A stretch of DNA of 63,829 nucleotides, the filler included, from Collodictyon triciliatum (taxonomy: Eukaryota): the NCBI GenBank assembly GCA_043381765.1. It is 4 parts of 4 records of this genome, joined end to end, with 100 filler letters (N's around TTAATTAATTAA, not from the genome) between each part and the next. Parts side by side here need not be neighbours in the genome. Positions count along the whole stretch, not along the records: positions 33,104 to 49,518 come from JBHJMP010001551.1; positions 49,619 to 63,829 come from JBHJMP010001607.1; 2 more parts are not named here. One strand, 5' to 3'. Position numbers and translations under genes: made by a program. Under the pieces are notes generated by a model, which was given only the letters and a program-made list of their open reading frames with translations, was not told the DNA's origin and ran no database searches. Positions within the stretch are counted from its first letter, which is position 1. Each line of letters begins with the position of its first letter. This document shows, one piece after another, positions 39,301 through 54,275 of this stretch.

Positions 39301-42300
39301 TCGTAATAGCCATTTAGCTGTGCTAAGCATTTGAACCACAGCTCGGAATCGAATACGCAAATTAGGTTTATCAGCTTCTCTGTCTGCATTTTTTTCAGAA
39401 TAATAATTATTTGAAAAGTAAAATATATAATTCAATACATTTTTATTTCATTCATAAAAAAAAAAAAAGCAAATAGTGAAGAAAAAAAAGGTAAAGAACA
39501 TGTATTAGTGAAAAAAATCATACCAAGAGAGACACTGCCAGCTATCGGAGGCTTCAATATCATTGAAACTTGATTGGAATGTTTTGATAAGCTATGAATG
39601 ACCGAGTGAACGATGTCCTTGATAGCGCTTTCCCACAAAGGGTCTTGAGACAAATGATAGATAAGCCCAATTATTTCAAGGAGAATGTCGCGGTCTCCAT
39701 CATTATAGATATTGGCTGATGGCTGAAATTCCTCAAAACTCGCTTCAGTCCCTTTCTTAGGTTCTGGTATGTGTATGTTCTGGCTATGTGTAACAATGAG
39801 ACCTTCGTGCTGGTCATAGGCTGAGTTTCGGTATGTATATCGAAGTTTAGTACATTACAATATACAAACATAATTCAGTGTATGTGAGATGGTTGGTAAC
39901 TAAAATAAATCTTGGTAATAAATCAGAAACTAGCATAAGAGTACCTGTTTCAAAAAATTGAAAATCGGCTATTTTTAAAGCTTGACATTCGAAATCTGGT
40001 AAGAAACCCAGTAGAGAATCGACATAGCTGATGGGAGATGGTCGCTGGTTTCGATAGCTGGTTTGCTTTGTGACAAAATCAATCAAAAAAGATATGGTTG
40101 TTTTTGACTTTGAACTCTGTAATATGGGCTTCAAATCAGCACTAAAGCTTAGCGACATGGGAATATATAATTGAGGTGGACAGTCTGATAAAATTATTCT
40201 GAGTAAAGGTATCATCGTTTTTTGGATAGCGTAATCTCCATTCTTGAACCAATAGAGTACAAGTTCAACAAAGCTCTCATTTTTCAAGAAAGCCAGCAGT
40301 TTTTGGTTGTTAATGAATGTACCAAAAAAGGAAACAAAGCTTAAAATGTCTGAGATCGCTTCTTCTTTCCCAGTCTCTGAACCACTGTCGTTGTACTCTG
40401 TTTTGAGTTTAAGGTTCTTTATCAAATATATCTTGAATTGCGAAATCAGTCTATTGAGTAAGTGCCTTTGGAACTGATTGAGCTCATCAAACTCTCTTCT
40501 GAATGACCTCAAAGTTATAATGCATAAGAGATACTTAAAGTATTTATTTGCCGATTCAGGATCTGATTTCACCGAGAAGGTCCCCTTGAATAGTATGTCG
40601 ATGAATTCTAGAGAACTAGACTCATCACCTTCGACTACTTTGATGGGTAGAATCCCAATAATATACGAAACAATCGGGTATGCCTCCTTGTGTTCATTAA
40701 TCATCTGAGTAATCTTAAGGAAAAGTCTATGCTTGTGGAAAACAATCAACTGTTTGGTCTTGTTGGAACACCCCTGTGAATAAATTCAGTTTTAGTAATC
40801 CAAAGAATATGAATAGTTTGAATGGATATATCGATTGGATGGTGAGAAATATCTTGTTCGATCACCATTTAAATATAGTAAGTGGTAAACAATAAATGAA
40901 AAGGTACGTATATGTCTGCTAGAAGGTCATATGTCAAGAGTCGCTTGGAAGCCACAGTAGCATGAACTGATGACATAATTTTTTTTACAATATCCATCTT
41001 GTGTTCAATTTTCTCTGTTGAAAACATCATCAGTATTTTTGAAAGCAAAATGACGCGTAACTCTCCAACATGTTGTCTTGCTCGTAATAGATTTGATAAC
41101 TCTTTTGCACTTGTATCGATTCGAATAATTATATTCTGCACTATATTTGGGCTTGACGTCTAGGTAGTATGATTAGATTGTTTAGCTGCATAAAGGAGCG
41201 TACATATGACAAAAGAGTGTTTCAAACTTGTGTAACCAGTCTAAATATTTTACATAGCATATGTATCATCATATCTTCATAGTATTATGTATAGGAACGT
41301 TTTGTATATGCACTTGAATGCAATGAGCATGAGAGCGTACTTAAAATTGATTGAATGAAGTAAATACAAAATCAGAAACTTACATCGACATTCCCGCTCG
41401 ATAGCGATGACCTCTGTCGTATAAATGACCACAGCTGCTTCACTTTTGACGTGTTTTCTTCGGATAGAAATTCCATCGAAGGAGACGTTTCCAAGACCCG
41501 ACCAGCACCTTTGTTGGAAAGGATTAGTTAACGAATAGTCATAATCAATTACTGTAGATGAAAGTTGTCTGTTCTCAAGAAAACCGTTTTGACTCACTGG
41601 GTCCGCTACGGTCTTGTCCTCGCATGAGCGCAGGTTTTGTCGGGGGTGCAGAGAGTTTAGGTGCAGATTTAGACTCCTCTTTAGGTTCTTTGACATTGAC
41701 GAGTGGGTGCATACTCATAATCAGCTGGCTTCTGTCATCTATCTCTGTGAGGAAATCCTCAAACATCTTTTCAAACCTATTTTGAATAGGTAAAAAAAGA
41801 GCAAATCGGAAGTTTGATTATCTCTTAACTTGCACGAAATTGTTCATAGGGTTTTAAAATGTCACTTTTTTTATTTGATATTATTGTAAAATGGTATAAT
41901 TATCAAATACATACGCATCCTCTGATATTTGCATGAAATGTTGTTTCCTTTGAACGATGAATGATAGAATCTAATAGAGAAAAATGGGAAGATAGTTTTG
42001 AGCGGTAAATAAATTGTTTATGTCAATCCCATTTTCAAAAAAATAATAATTGAGCAGCAATAAAAGTAACTTATTTGGCTCATGGCTACAATTAAACATG
42101 GGCAAGAGATTTTTATACCTGCAGCATGTTGGAACATATGGGCATTATAGTGGAAGGGAGGATTGGCTGTTGGCTAGATTCGTTTGCCTCCTTGAGCTTC
42201 TCACAATATGACTTTAGGTCATTTTCATGACCAAAAACATGAATGTTAGCCGCGATGCAGTACTTTAGTGTTTTCCAAACTATTAATTTTTTAACATTCC

Positions 42301-45300
42301 AGTGAGCAAATTTCTTTTCCCTCACGCATTTTTTTTTTTTTGGTGATGGTGATGATGGTGATGATGGTGATGATGGTGATGATGGTGATGATGAAAAGGG
42401 AAAAATAGAGAAATATACTTCTGTTGTTGATTCGCGCATGAAAGGGTGACTTTTTCATTTGTTGTAAAAGAGCTTTGTCTAATTGTGTAGGATTTGAGAT
42501 ACTCCCTTCTGAAAGGATTGTCCAGATGCTACTTGTAGTGGACTGAATATACGGGTCTTTGAACTGCAATAGGTGAACTTGATCGCTCTGTGTTGTTGGT
42601 TTACGAGAAGGAAATAAGTAAATATAAATGAATCCATATCAATACGAAACAAGCCAAATATAGGGATCAAACGAGTATAAAAATAAAAAAAAAAGGCGTG
42701 CTGTGATATTTGAATGGAACATAATGACACTTACAGCGTATTTAAAGCCTTTGGAAAATAGTTTTGAATTACACACAGATAGCGTCTCATCAGTTATAAT
42801 CGAAGGAATCAATGAAGTTGGGTCGATATTGGTAAGGTTGATACACTAATTAAGGTGATAATAGGTTGAGTCACTGTATATGTTTCAAAAACCAAATTAT
42901 ATTCCAAGACAAAAATAAGATGCATTTATTTTGTTCTAGAATACGGCGAACTGTCACCATGGAAACTTTGTAGTATTGATTTCTTGACTTATTTGGTTTT
43001 AAAGAAAGGGCAACCAGATGAGGATATAATGCAAATATGATGGATAATTTTAAAGAAAAAAAAACCTTTTCGACAATACTGTCTGCAAAGCTGGGCTCGA
43101 TCTCCCTCCAAAATTGAGGACATTCAACTTCTTTGAAACTGTCATACCGAATGAGAACGCATAAATCTATTAGCTCAGATAGAACTGCGGGTGACATATA
43201 TTTAACGTTCGCAAACGCAACATTGGTTGGTGTCAAGATTACTTCGATGGAGCGAAGAAGTAAGAGGGTTTGTTGGAAGTGAGAGACCAGTATATGTTTT
43301 GGAATAGATTCCTTCTTCAAGCAGTGAGCTTTCGACCTTTGAATGTAAGATAGGCACAGACTTGAAAACATATTCATAGTGCGTGTATTGAACGGCGCCA
43401 GGTCAGATTCTCCTAAAGAGAAGGAAATGAGAGAGTCCTTTGTGTAAAGGTCTTTGAATTTAGCCGATGAACTAGTTTTCCCAGATTTTTCTAGAATTTG
43501 GGATAATCTCATGAGTGGGCTGTGGTCAGGCTCGATGGACACAAAGTTGACCAGGTACTTTCGATTCATCGGATGACCAAGTAGAATGGATACCTCTTCG
43601 GGAGAATAAGCAGTGCACCATTTCAAAAGACTCCAGAAATTGGCAAGGTATTCTTGGCCTGCTAATTGAAACTGAACAGATGCAGAGAATGCCAGCTCCA
43701 AGTATTTTTGAAGCAAGTAGCGGGGACCTTTTTGATTCAAGGTTTGAGCATTTGAGTAAAGTAATGAGCCGAATGAGGATATGGTAAGCTGAGCCGCGTG
43801 CTTCAAGTCTGTCTCAATTTTCATCTCTGTTCTGCCTTTTTGTGCCTTTAGAAGACCAAGGTTGAGATGGAGTAAATGCACCAATCGGCCAAGCACAGGG
43901 GAATACATTAAGAAATTTTCTGAGCTCAGATTGCTTTGCTTGATAAATTCGTCAATAACCTGAAATAAGCTGATAAAGAAATCGACACTAAGGTCCGGAA
44001 CAAATGAAATTGAGACCGGTTTTCCTGATGGCTCCAAGTATTTGGAGTACAGTTCAAAGCAGTCGCATATTTTGATAACAAGAGCTGTTAGTGTTTTCAA
44101 GTAAGTGTCCCACTCGTCGAAGTGGGAAAATTCAGAGCCCTTCTCCAAGTCATATGATACGAATCTTTTTCCTCGGGTAGAGTAGCACCACAATTTTTTG
44201 TTCTGGAATTCGTGGCAGACCGAATCACCTGAAGCGATGAAATAGAAATATTGGTGTTATACGGTATTTACATTTTGCATATAACATGGATTACTCCTGA
44301 AACAAATTGAAAAGCACAGAAAAATTGAGAAAAAAATGCAAACTTGAGTGAAAGATTGAGCCTGCATTAGGGTCCATGTCAAAGTCACCGTTAAACACTC
44401 CATTAGCACCAAAGACTCGGATCACTACTTTATTATTGCCTTTCGATATGTCGAAGTAGCTTTGTGGCGAGAACATAACTGTTGACTCAGCAAGGGTGAT
44501 AACAATACTATTTGCTGCGAGGTCAGCAAAAGACAAGTGAGCCTGTAGAATCTATGATTTTAAGGGGTTCAAAAATTAGAGAGAGAAAAAACGATGAGAG
44601 TACCCCGTTCCAGATTTTTCACCGTATGATTTTAATGCAATACTCTATTCAAACAGAAATTTGGATGAAATATAAATTTTCAAATTGGGATTGAGATACT
44701 TCGACGGCGAAACGGATTTTGTTATGATGAATATGTAGAAAGAAGAAATTATTAAAATAAGCTGCGACAAAATTTGGAGTTATAATTCTATTCAGATCGG
44801 TTCGAAACCTGCAGTTGCTCAGGCGATTCTCCTGTAGTGTTTATTGAAAAAAGGCCGCTACGGATTATAATATGTGACAATAGTTAGAAAGGAAGTATTT
44901 TTTTGTCATTTCCTTTTACTATCAAAGAATATTCAATGTTATGTGATAGTAAACTTGCCTATCACCATTGTAGGATAGTATTTGTCCTTTCCAAGCCGCT
45001 TCAATTAAAGGAACAGGGGACGATTCCAAAAGGCTGTTGGATGAGGGGTCAAAAATATGTTTCTGATATGTTACTCCTGACTTTGTGTACATCCGCGGTG
45101 CACCAGACCCTAAAATTTATTTAATTCAGGGTTAACTATTTGCCTGTGCTTCACTCGAGAATATAAAGTATACTTGAAGTAAAGATCTTATTATCATAAT
45201 TTTTTCAAGAATATATTATGTGATTCGGAGCAGCCGTTTGATGTTTTTTATTGAGCTTGGAAAATATTTTTCTTTCATTCGATTCAAAAAAAAAAGTCGG

Positions 45301-46571
45301 AAATAGTATTTGTCTCTGATTGGAAATGCACCTGAATAAAATGGCACGACTTGATAGGAATCACATGAGGAATCTAACGGCATTTGTATTTCTTCCCATC
45401 GCAAAGCATCAAGCTTCAACTTCATGATTTTTTTGTTGGAGGAAGTAGAACCATTTGTTGGATAGAGCACAATATTATTCTCACAGAACTGGCCCTGATA
45501 TGAAGAGACATCCACACTGGGATTGTTACCAAGCTCTAGTTCCATCCAAAAGAGACCACCAATATCAAATATGTGGACTTTTTTCATCGGTAATTGGCGT
45601 TCATTTTTCCCGCCAAGCAAGTAAATCATAGTTGGCTCCACGAAGACTATGACGTGATTTCTACGTCCAGGAGGCATATCACCTTCAGCATCATATCTCA
45701 TCCAACTTCTGATTGAAATGTCGTACACGAAGATGTCGCTCTAATACATAGATGACTGTTGTGAATAAAATACACATGTATAAATAAAAGAGCAATCGTT
45801 AGTGTTTTCATGGTGGGTGTTATGGGCTAGACCTCTGGTTCATCTCTGAGACAAATCAAAATGTGATTCAAGAACTGACCTTGTAAACATTTCCATCGTA
45901 TCCTCCAACAAGATACATCGAGTCCCCGATAATTGTTACAGCGTGGCCGATTCTTGGGGATGGTGTAGATGAACTTGATGGTACCAACATCCACGACCAG
46001 TTATCTGCATGAGTGAATTTCTTAGGAGAGACGAACAAACAAAGACGAAAACAAAAACAAAAAATAAAATAAAAACCGAAAGAAAGGATAAATCGATGAA
46101 TAGAAGTGTGCGTGGAGGTAAGATTCAGAACAAACGCTCAAGAAGAGACAAACCCATGTTAATTTCGATTAAATTGTCGGTTAGCTTCCACACTCCTTCA
46201 TTGTACACTTCACCCCCAAATATGATTATCTTATTGTAGTATGAAACCCATGAGAATTGGCGAATTTGGGGCAGAGGTTCAGGCTTAAGTCTAACGTCCA
46301 ACCAAGGTTGAATTGTTTTGAGAGATGTGGTTTCTGTGAACACAGGCGGTTTTTGAGTCATCTTTGCATCCTTTTTTGATGCCAGAAGTTTCTTTGATAT
46401 TATTGTAGAGCAGGCAGAGCAGTATATAGATTTCATAGCTGCATGCTCGAATACTGGTCCAGTAAAGTTGTAGCGCCCACATTCATGGCAATAAATTGAG
46501 TTTGTTGAAGTAATTTTACTTGGCTCGATTATGCGTCGGTGGGATATATGAATGAATGCATCTACATGGAC

Positions 46572-46669
<98 letters not shown>

Positions 46670-49294
46670 AAAAAACATTTTAGATCGATTATGTATCTGA
46701 AAAAAGTGTACAGTTGAGATTTCTCTTTTCCCTTCTTTCCTAGAGATTTTTCAGAGGAAAGGTAGAAAATGAATCTTCTCTCGCTGTTTAGTTGTTTTCT
46801 TCTGGAATGGGTGAGTGTTATAACTACCTAAATCCGGTGTCAGGGTGTATCGGTCAATCGTCACTCTAAATGTAAAAGAAAATTTGACTTTGGGTTATAT
46901 ATAAGATAACTCATCGATAATACATTAAAAAAAACTAGTATTAATGCAAAGCTAATTACAATCATGACGTCTATATAATTTAAATTGTTTGACATATACA
47001 TATTCGGATAAGCGGAATCTACTCGAACAGCTTCAATTATAGATTCTGATGCTTGTACGATAGATATCGTTTTCATCGATTTGGTGGGCTCCTGCAAACT
47101 TTGCAGCTCTTTGTGGACTTCCTCAGAAAGCAAGACATCAAACTTTCGGCCAATCTACATGACATATGATAAATTGATTGTGCTATGGTTAGTCTAATTT
47201 CTTGTGCTAATATGGTTATTGTTCGCATTTCTATAGTGTTTATTTTCTATAAAATAAAATAATGAAAAATGAAAAATGAAAAAAAGGAGGGGGAGGGGAG
47301 GGGGAGAAGGGGGAAGGCATCAGTCACCAATACCTTCAACGATTCTTTATCCACAAGTATGGGTGCAAAAATTAATTCAGTGCAGACAAAAACGAAAAGT
47401 TTCGACCTTATTGACGACAAAAAAAACTTTGGCTTTTCCCCAGTTAAAATGCACGCAACACTTTCATGTAAAATCAAATTTTCAGAGGACTGGTATATCT
47501 GAGCCCTCTCCGTATCATGGTACCCTGTTCCGATCTTGTATATGGTAGATTCCAACTCAACAAAGAAGTAAGCACCATCTGTAGTAAAGTTTGAGTGTCC
47601 AGAATCTGGTAATCCAGGGCATTCAAAGGAATCCAAAAATGTATTCGAACCCCCTGTAAAGTGTTGATAGATGTATTATTGGGTATATGAAAAGGATGAC
47701 AATTTGTTTGCTTATATTTTCCAACTTTTCAAAAATGTTGATGGTATTCAAAAATTGATTAGATATCTGATTTTAGAGGAAGGTGGTTTGAAAAGTACGG
47801 CCATATGGATACGCAACTAACCTAAAGGAAAAGAACCATCGTCTAATCTCCGAATGTCAGGGAGAGATGAATTGAGCCATTCAGAAATAGGTGTATTGGG
47901 GTCAAATATGAATCTTTCTCGCTGCCCCCTCGAAATCCCTTCCAAGTGACCTTTTAAGAGATTTTTCATGTGTTTCACCATTGAGGAGTGTGAATAAGCT
48001 GCAAAATCCAAACAAATTTGCAGTCTGGTAATCTCTGAGAAGATTTGTGTCGAATCACAGCTTTGAATGAGTTCCTCAAGAAATTCCTGATGTATTCGAG
48101 GGTAGCAAAATGGAAATTAAATACAAGATAGGAATTCTTTTCAAAGCGAGTATAGTTATATGATAGCTGAAGAGTCGTGGGTTAAACTCCATAGTAACAA
48201 TATGTCCGTTGAATAGATGATAATTACTGAAATTGATGAGATCGTCTGAGCGTGAAACTTCTTCCATTCTCCTTCTTTGGCACTAATCAGCATAGGAATT
48301 ATGGTTGACAGGAATCTGTCTCTCAGCTCAGAAAATAGGGCCTACAAGACAATGGAAGTCAATTAAATCAAGAAAATGAACAACAGCTGGTCCAACAAGG
48401 AGTAAAAAAAAAATTCTCATCAGCACATGATTGTGTGTCAAAAGACCATCAGCATTAGATCCGCAATTACCGAATCATTTTGGCGGCGTGTACTTCTCAG
48501 TAACGGTAGCAAGAATTGTTGTAAAATGGATTGAAGTAGGGAGACCTCTTGGTTGACTATGTCTGATATCTAAGATAAAAATAAATGTTAAAATTAAACT
48601 GAGAGCATCGATTAATCATCTGTTTTTTACGACGAAATATTATTGCTCGCCATATCAAGCGAACTATTACAGCATAAAGGTTTGGTAATTTTATACTTAG
48701 TTTGTAAAACGTATGTGGTATGGGTAGAATACATACAGGATTTGCGTTGAACAGAACACCGATGGCCTCTTCGTTGAAGAAATCGTCAGGTGAAACTGAT
48801 ATAATTTGAGCGAATCGAGATGAACTGTCCACAGGTTCTTTGTCACTGAAAGTGTAACCAAATATCGAGAAAAAAATTCAGAATATTAATAATGGAAAAA
48901 TATCCCTTTGTGTTGATATGAGATGGAAAAAAAATGGCCCATGGACTATGGTGTGTCCTTTCATGGACTTGATATATGAAAATTAAGTATTGTATCCAAC
49001 CCATACACAAGCGGTAACAATTTTTGAAGTTCATTGATAAATTGCTCGAGCTCGGCATCCTTTAGAAAATCATCAAGTAATTATTCGATAAAAAAAAAAA
49101 AGCATCGTATACAAATAGATATTGACCATGGGGAAGTGTTTTCAGTAGAAGAAAAAAATCATACGTTTTCTGTTTGGACTGGTTTCTTCCTCTTGTGTTG
49201 GAGAGTAGGAGGTACTGGTGCGTCTAAATCGCTAGTGTATGAGTCAAGAAGCTTTCTTTGGCTCAAGATTTCGACAGGGAGTCGAATGAAGTAC
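33305..49294 (-). CDS. Giant HECTD4-like E3 ubiquitin ligase (CxxC-CxxC finger, Kelch repeats, SPRY, SH3-like, HECT N-lobe); 3' truncated by the contig end, 5' end uncertain
   Basis: TTDGAYFFVE...IYKIGTGYHDT (~47520-47590, HECTD4/PHR-like region). CHECG...CSAC (~46410-46490). Kelch motifs KIIIFGG, SPRIGHAVTIIGDSMYLVGG, PPGRRNHVIVF..IYLLGG. SPRY motifs LYYFEVTI, DDVIGVGW...IFFTKNG, LYPAF...KANFGRDAFQFD. HECT start GGPYRDSVASVCNELQS...LFIQCPN...NRWIINPS, GKLIGIA, FFWKKLV. The catalytic C-lobe is not in the contig. Confidence 0.85.
46576..46665. repeat. (AG)n microsatellite, intronic
   Basis: Perfect array seen directly. Confidence 0.95.
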
Positions 49295-49518
49295 TACACA
49301 ATTTCATTAGGATGAGTGACTAAAAGGCAAGGCAAAAATGAGCCAATACACGTAATTATTGGAGAAATGTATTCAAGCAGCACCATTTCTTTTTTTATCT
49401 TTTTTTATCTTTTTTTATCTTTTTTATCTTTTTTTATCTTTTTTATCTTTTTTTATCTTTTTTTATCTTTTTTTATCTTTTTTTATCTTTTTTTATCTTT
49501 TTTTATCTTTTTTTATCT

Positions 49519-49618
49519 NNNNNNNNNNNNNNNNNNNNNNNNNNNNNNNNNNNNNNNNNNNNTTAATTAATTAANNNNNNNNNNNNNNNNNNNNNNNNNN
49601 NNNNNNNNNNNNNNNNNN
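49519..49618. other. Artificial contig spacer N-TTAATTAATTAA-N, flanked by TTTTTATC and GAAAGA repeats
   Basis: Linker at 49563-49574. Confidence 0.97.
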
Positions 49619-49819
49619 AAAGAAAGAGAAAGAAAGAGAAAGAAAGAGAAAGAAAGAGAAAGAAAGAGAAAGAAAGAGAAAGAAAGAGAAAGAAAGAGAA
49701 AGAAAGAGAAAGAAAGAGAAGAAAGAAAGAGAAAGAAAGAAAGAAAGAGAAAGAAAGAAAGAACTCCATTAACTTTATTAGGAATAGGTAACCATCCGCA
49801 CCCTCTTCAGTTCGCCAAT

Positions 49820-51090
49820 ATGGCAGAGGACACGGAAAACCTAGAGGAATTGCGTCTGATAACGCAAGACAAAGACATTGTCACCCTCAAAAAACGAACT
49901 TCGCTGCATCTTGGGTCACCCTTCAATAGTATAACACTTTCTGCCATGCCATCAGGGGTTTGGAAGCTTGAAGAACTCAACGACTTACAGCTTTGGGGGA
50001 ATCAGATTTCTTGCCTTTCTCCAGATGTATCGAAATTAAGTGACCTGAAAGAGCTTCGCATAGAAAAAAACAAACTTACTTCGCTACCTCCAGAAGTGTC
50101 CTATTGGACAAATCTTGTGCATCTCAGTGTCGATGAAAATCTTTTGTCATGTTTGCCCCTGGAAATATCCCGCTTGATATCGCTCACTGAGTTGCGCATC
50201 AGCAAAAATCAGATTACTGCTATACCACCAGATATATCCACATTAACCTCTCTGAGAAACTTATTCCTTTATGAAAATCAAATTTCTTATCTACCTCCAG
50301 AAGTATCAAGACTGATCAATCTAGAAGGACTTTATGTTTTCGGTAACCCAGTAAGAACTATAAAATCACTTGAATATTCCTAATATTTTGATGTTATCTC
50401 AAAATCCGTTTTTTTTATGGTGATGGCGATAATAATAATGATAATAATACACTTACAGATAGAAGAGCTACCACCACATATTACAGCGCTAACAAACCTG
50501 AAAAAACTCTTTATTGAGAAAAGTGGGAAGATTAACATTAAGCGATCACCAAGTGGAATATCTAACCTCCCATGTTGGAACCATCTGGAAGAGCGTGATC
50601 ATTTAGGCTTAACCATTGCTCGCTCTAATGCTCTGAGAAAGATGCAGCTTTACGACATTGTAAGTGGTAACTAATCTACAACACAAATTTTCGAAATAAG
50701 TTAATAATTTAACAAATAAAGGATGATATCCTGAAGCCAGGATGGGTTCCGAATGAAATATTTCTTCGATTGCAATCATTGGATTTCACTGGAAAGGGTT
50801 TATCTGCCCTACCAGATAACATTTCCCTCTTGATGAACCTGCGATATCTTAGTATCAGCCAGAATAAAGTACAAATGACCACATTAATCTATAATGTCGT
50901 TAAGAAAAATATTATTACCATACTCTCTTTCCTATCAAAACAGAATAACATACCTTGTTTCATCGTAAACATTATTAAAAAAATAGTTCAATCAGCTCCC
51001 CGTATTTGTGCGTCATTTATGCCTTGTAGATTTTCTCGACCTGTCGTACAATCAGGTATACATCACCTTATTCACTACAATCAACGCCAA

Positions 51091-51173
<83 letters not shown>

Positions 51174-54100
51174 NTACTACTACTACTACTACTGTTTTAT
51201 TATCATTATCATTATATGAGCATGATAATAAGCAAATTGCTTTAATATTTTTTATGTTTATTTTACCACTATTCCTAGATATTTCTACTATCTGAGAAAA
51301 CTTCAGACCTGAAGAAAGTATCGAACATCAATCTCAGTCACAATAAGGTACTAGGCAATGTTGTAATGATTTTTCTATTTTTTTAAAAAATAAAAATCTA
51401 TCTCTGATATCAACTGACACTGAAATTTTCTCTTTCGCATTATTTTTTTTAAAAAAAAAAAAGTTTATCCAATTTCCGATCCCTATATTCGCCATGACGA
51501 GGATGGTGAAATTAGATATTTCCAACAACCAGGTTTATTTTTGGAAAATAATGCAACCCTGAGTATTGTATTTTTTTGGATACGGAACAGCACGTCCATT
51601 TTGATGTAATAATATTCTCTCAAAATTAGATATCTTTATTGCCTGAAAAGGCTTCAGCTCTGAAGAATATATCAAACCTCAATCTTAGTCACAATAAGGT
51701 ACTAGGCAATTTTGTCATGATTTTTCTAGTTTTTTTTTTAAAAAAAAAGTATGAGGTATATGTTATATCAAGTGACACTGAAATTTTCTCTTTCGCATTA
51801 TTTTTTTTTAAAAAAAGTTTATCCAATATCCGATCCCTATATTCGCCATGACGAGGATGGTGAAATTAGATATTTCCAACAACCAGGTTTTATATTTTCA
51901 TTATATGATGCTATCATCTTCAGGACGGAGAAAATCATACATTTCTTTATTTTCATGTTAGATATCGACATTTCCGGACAGATTATCAAGTTTAACAAAC
52001 CTAATTCATATCAATATGGGCAATAATAAAGTATCTACATTATATTATTATAATATTTTATTATTATCATCTTTATAATGTATTGTGGCCTTTCTTTGAT
52101 ATTAAAATGCTTGAAGTTTAATCAGGTACCTTCATCTATCTGCAGACTAAGTTTGTTGGCAACTATAAATGTATCAAACAATCAGGTAGATATAAAACGT
52201 TTTAATGGGTATGTCATCGACACACATAAAGTAAAATCAACGCCTATTCATTGTCAAAAATATGAATTTCCTTTCATTTATTACTATTTTTACCTTTCTT
52301 TTTTTAGATTTCTTCTCTACCGGCTAATGTATCCCTACTGAGCAATCTTACATACTTGAATATCACACAAAACAAGGTTGCTTGCTCCTACTTGATCATC
52401 ATTTTAATACAAAACAAAATTAAACAAAGTTCATAGATATCAAGAATTCCAAATTTAAGAGGTCTAGCCCATCTCCGAGAGTTTTACACGTATCAAAATA
52501 CATTTCCAGCCCTCATTCAACAGTTTCTAGATTCTTTGAATCTATCAAAACATGATGATATTGAATTTTCGAGTAAAGAAATCAAAGAGGTGCCAATCGA
52601 AATATCGTTATTGCCTATCAAGCCTAGGAGTGTTTATTTATCTAAAAATGAGGTTCACACTTGTTAATAAATAATATTTTGTAAAAGCTTCTCCATTTTT
52701 CACCAGACATGTTTAATAAACATTTTTTTTAAAAAAAATAATTAGATAACTGAAATCCCCTCATGGTTTGGCGAGTTGACCTGGATTGAAAAACTTGATA
52801 TCAGCCACAATAAGGTCATTTTTTCTATTTAAATGTAATTCCTAAAATTACTTTTTCGTAACTCGAATCATAATTTGTCATCTTTATCATCGAATATTTG
52901 TGATTTTACAAATATTTATGTTTACAATTTTTAGTTAAGTTGAGTAGGTAACCAAATTAAGATTCCAATTTATTTTAACAAGAAAGTGACAAATATTCGA
53001 CTCACGCAAATTCTATTATCTTTCCTTCAAATACCAACATAATTATTTTTTTTAAAAAAAAACAGGTTGTTATGTTGCCTGTGAATATGTCTCTTTTGAC
53101 CAATATGACCTATCTGAATATGAACACAAACAGGGTAAACTCCATTAAAAAATCTATTTTAGATACAAATTAATTAAATACTCCCTAATTGCGACTTTTT
53201 AAGATTTCAAAGCTCCCTGATATGCGAGCTATGAAGAACATGAGGGAATTGAATGTCCGACAAAACGCATTTCCTTATGCTATTCAGCAGTTTTTGGACT
53301 CCGTCTATCTTGCAAACAGCATTGTAAGTTATTCAGGGAAAGGAATCAGAGAGATTCCTCAAGAGATGATGTGGTTACCTATTTCACCAAGCAGCATCGA
53401 CTTTTCAAAAAACGAAGTAAATATGATCATTCTGATTTCCTTGTTATAAGTTGTCTATCACACAATAATGCAAAGTCCATTCAACCGTTCTTTTTTTTTT
53501 TAATACTACATTAATTTTTTTTTTAAAAAAAAAAAGTAAAATTGTATTTTTATTATCAGATATCCAGTATCCCGAGATGGATTTTCGAAATGACATCGAT
53601 TGAAATCATACATATCGGCCATAATAAGGTTCACATGCTTTCCATAGATCTGAACACCAAATTTTCTCCAAAAAAAACTTTCTTGGTGGATATATTTTCT
53701 TGAAAATGCTTCATCACAGCAAAATTTCAAGAAAAAATGTTATCTGTTTTGTGTATCACATAATAAACCTTTTTCATATAGACATCAATTTTAATTTCAC
53801 TACAGATTTCTCATCTACCGGAAGAAATATCTATTTTGTGCAACTTAAAGTGCATAGATCTGAGCCATAATAAGGTAGAAATTTATTTATTTAAAAGCAT
53901 CTAATTAATAATGAAGAAGAACTCATTTAAAATAAAAGCTAAGTCGACTCCCAGCATCCATCCGAGCGCTTGAGTCACTTACAACGTTGAATATTTCAAA
54001 CAATCAGGTACATCTAATCAATAGTAAAGAAACAATATGTTCATATTATTACGTAGAAACATTTCCCAAAATATTCTACAAAAATGGAAACACTTTAGAT

Positions 54101-54229
54101 TCCCATATTGCCGGATGAAATATCTATTTTATCAGACTTGATAAATCTTAATGTCAGTGAAAATAAGGTTGGAAATTGATCAATATAAACTATGTAGATG
54201 GCTCAGTTTTAAATGCGAATGATAAACTT

Positions 54230-54275
<46 letters not shown>

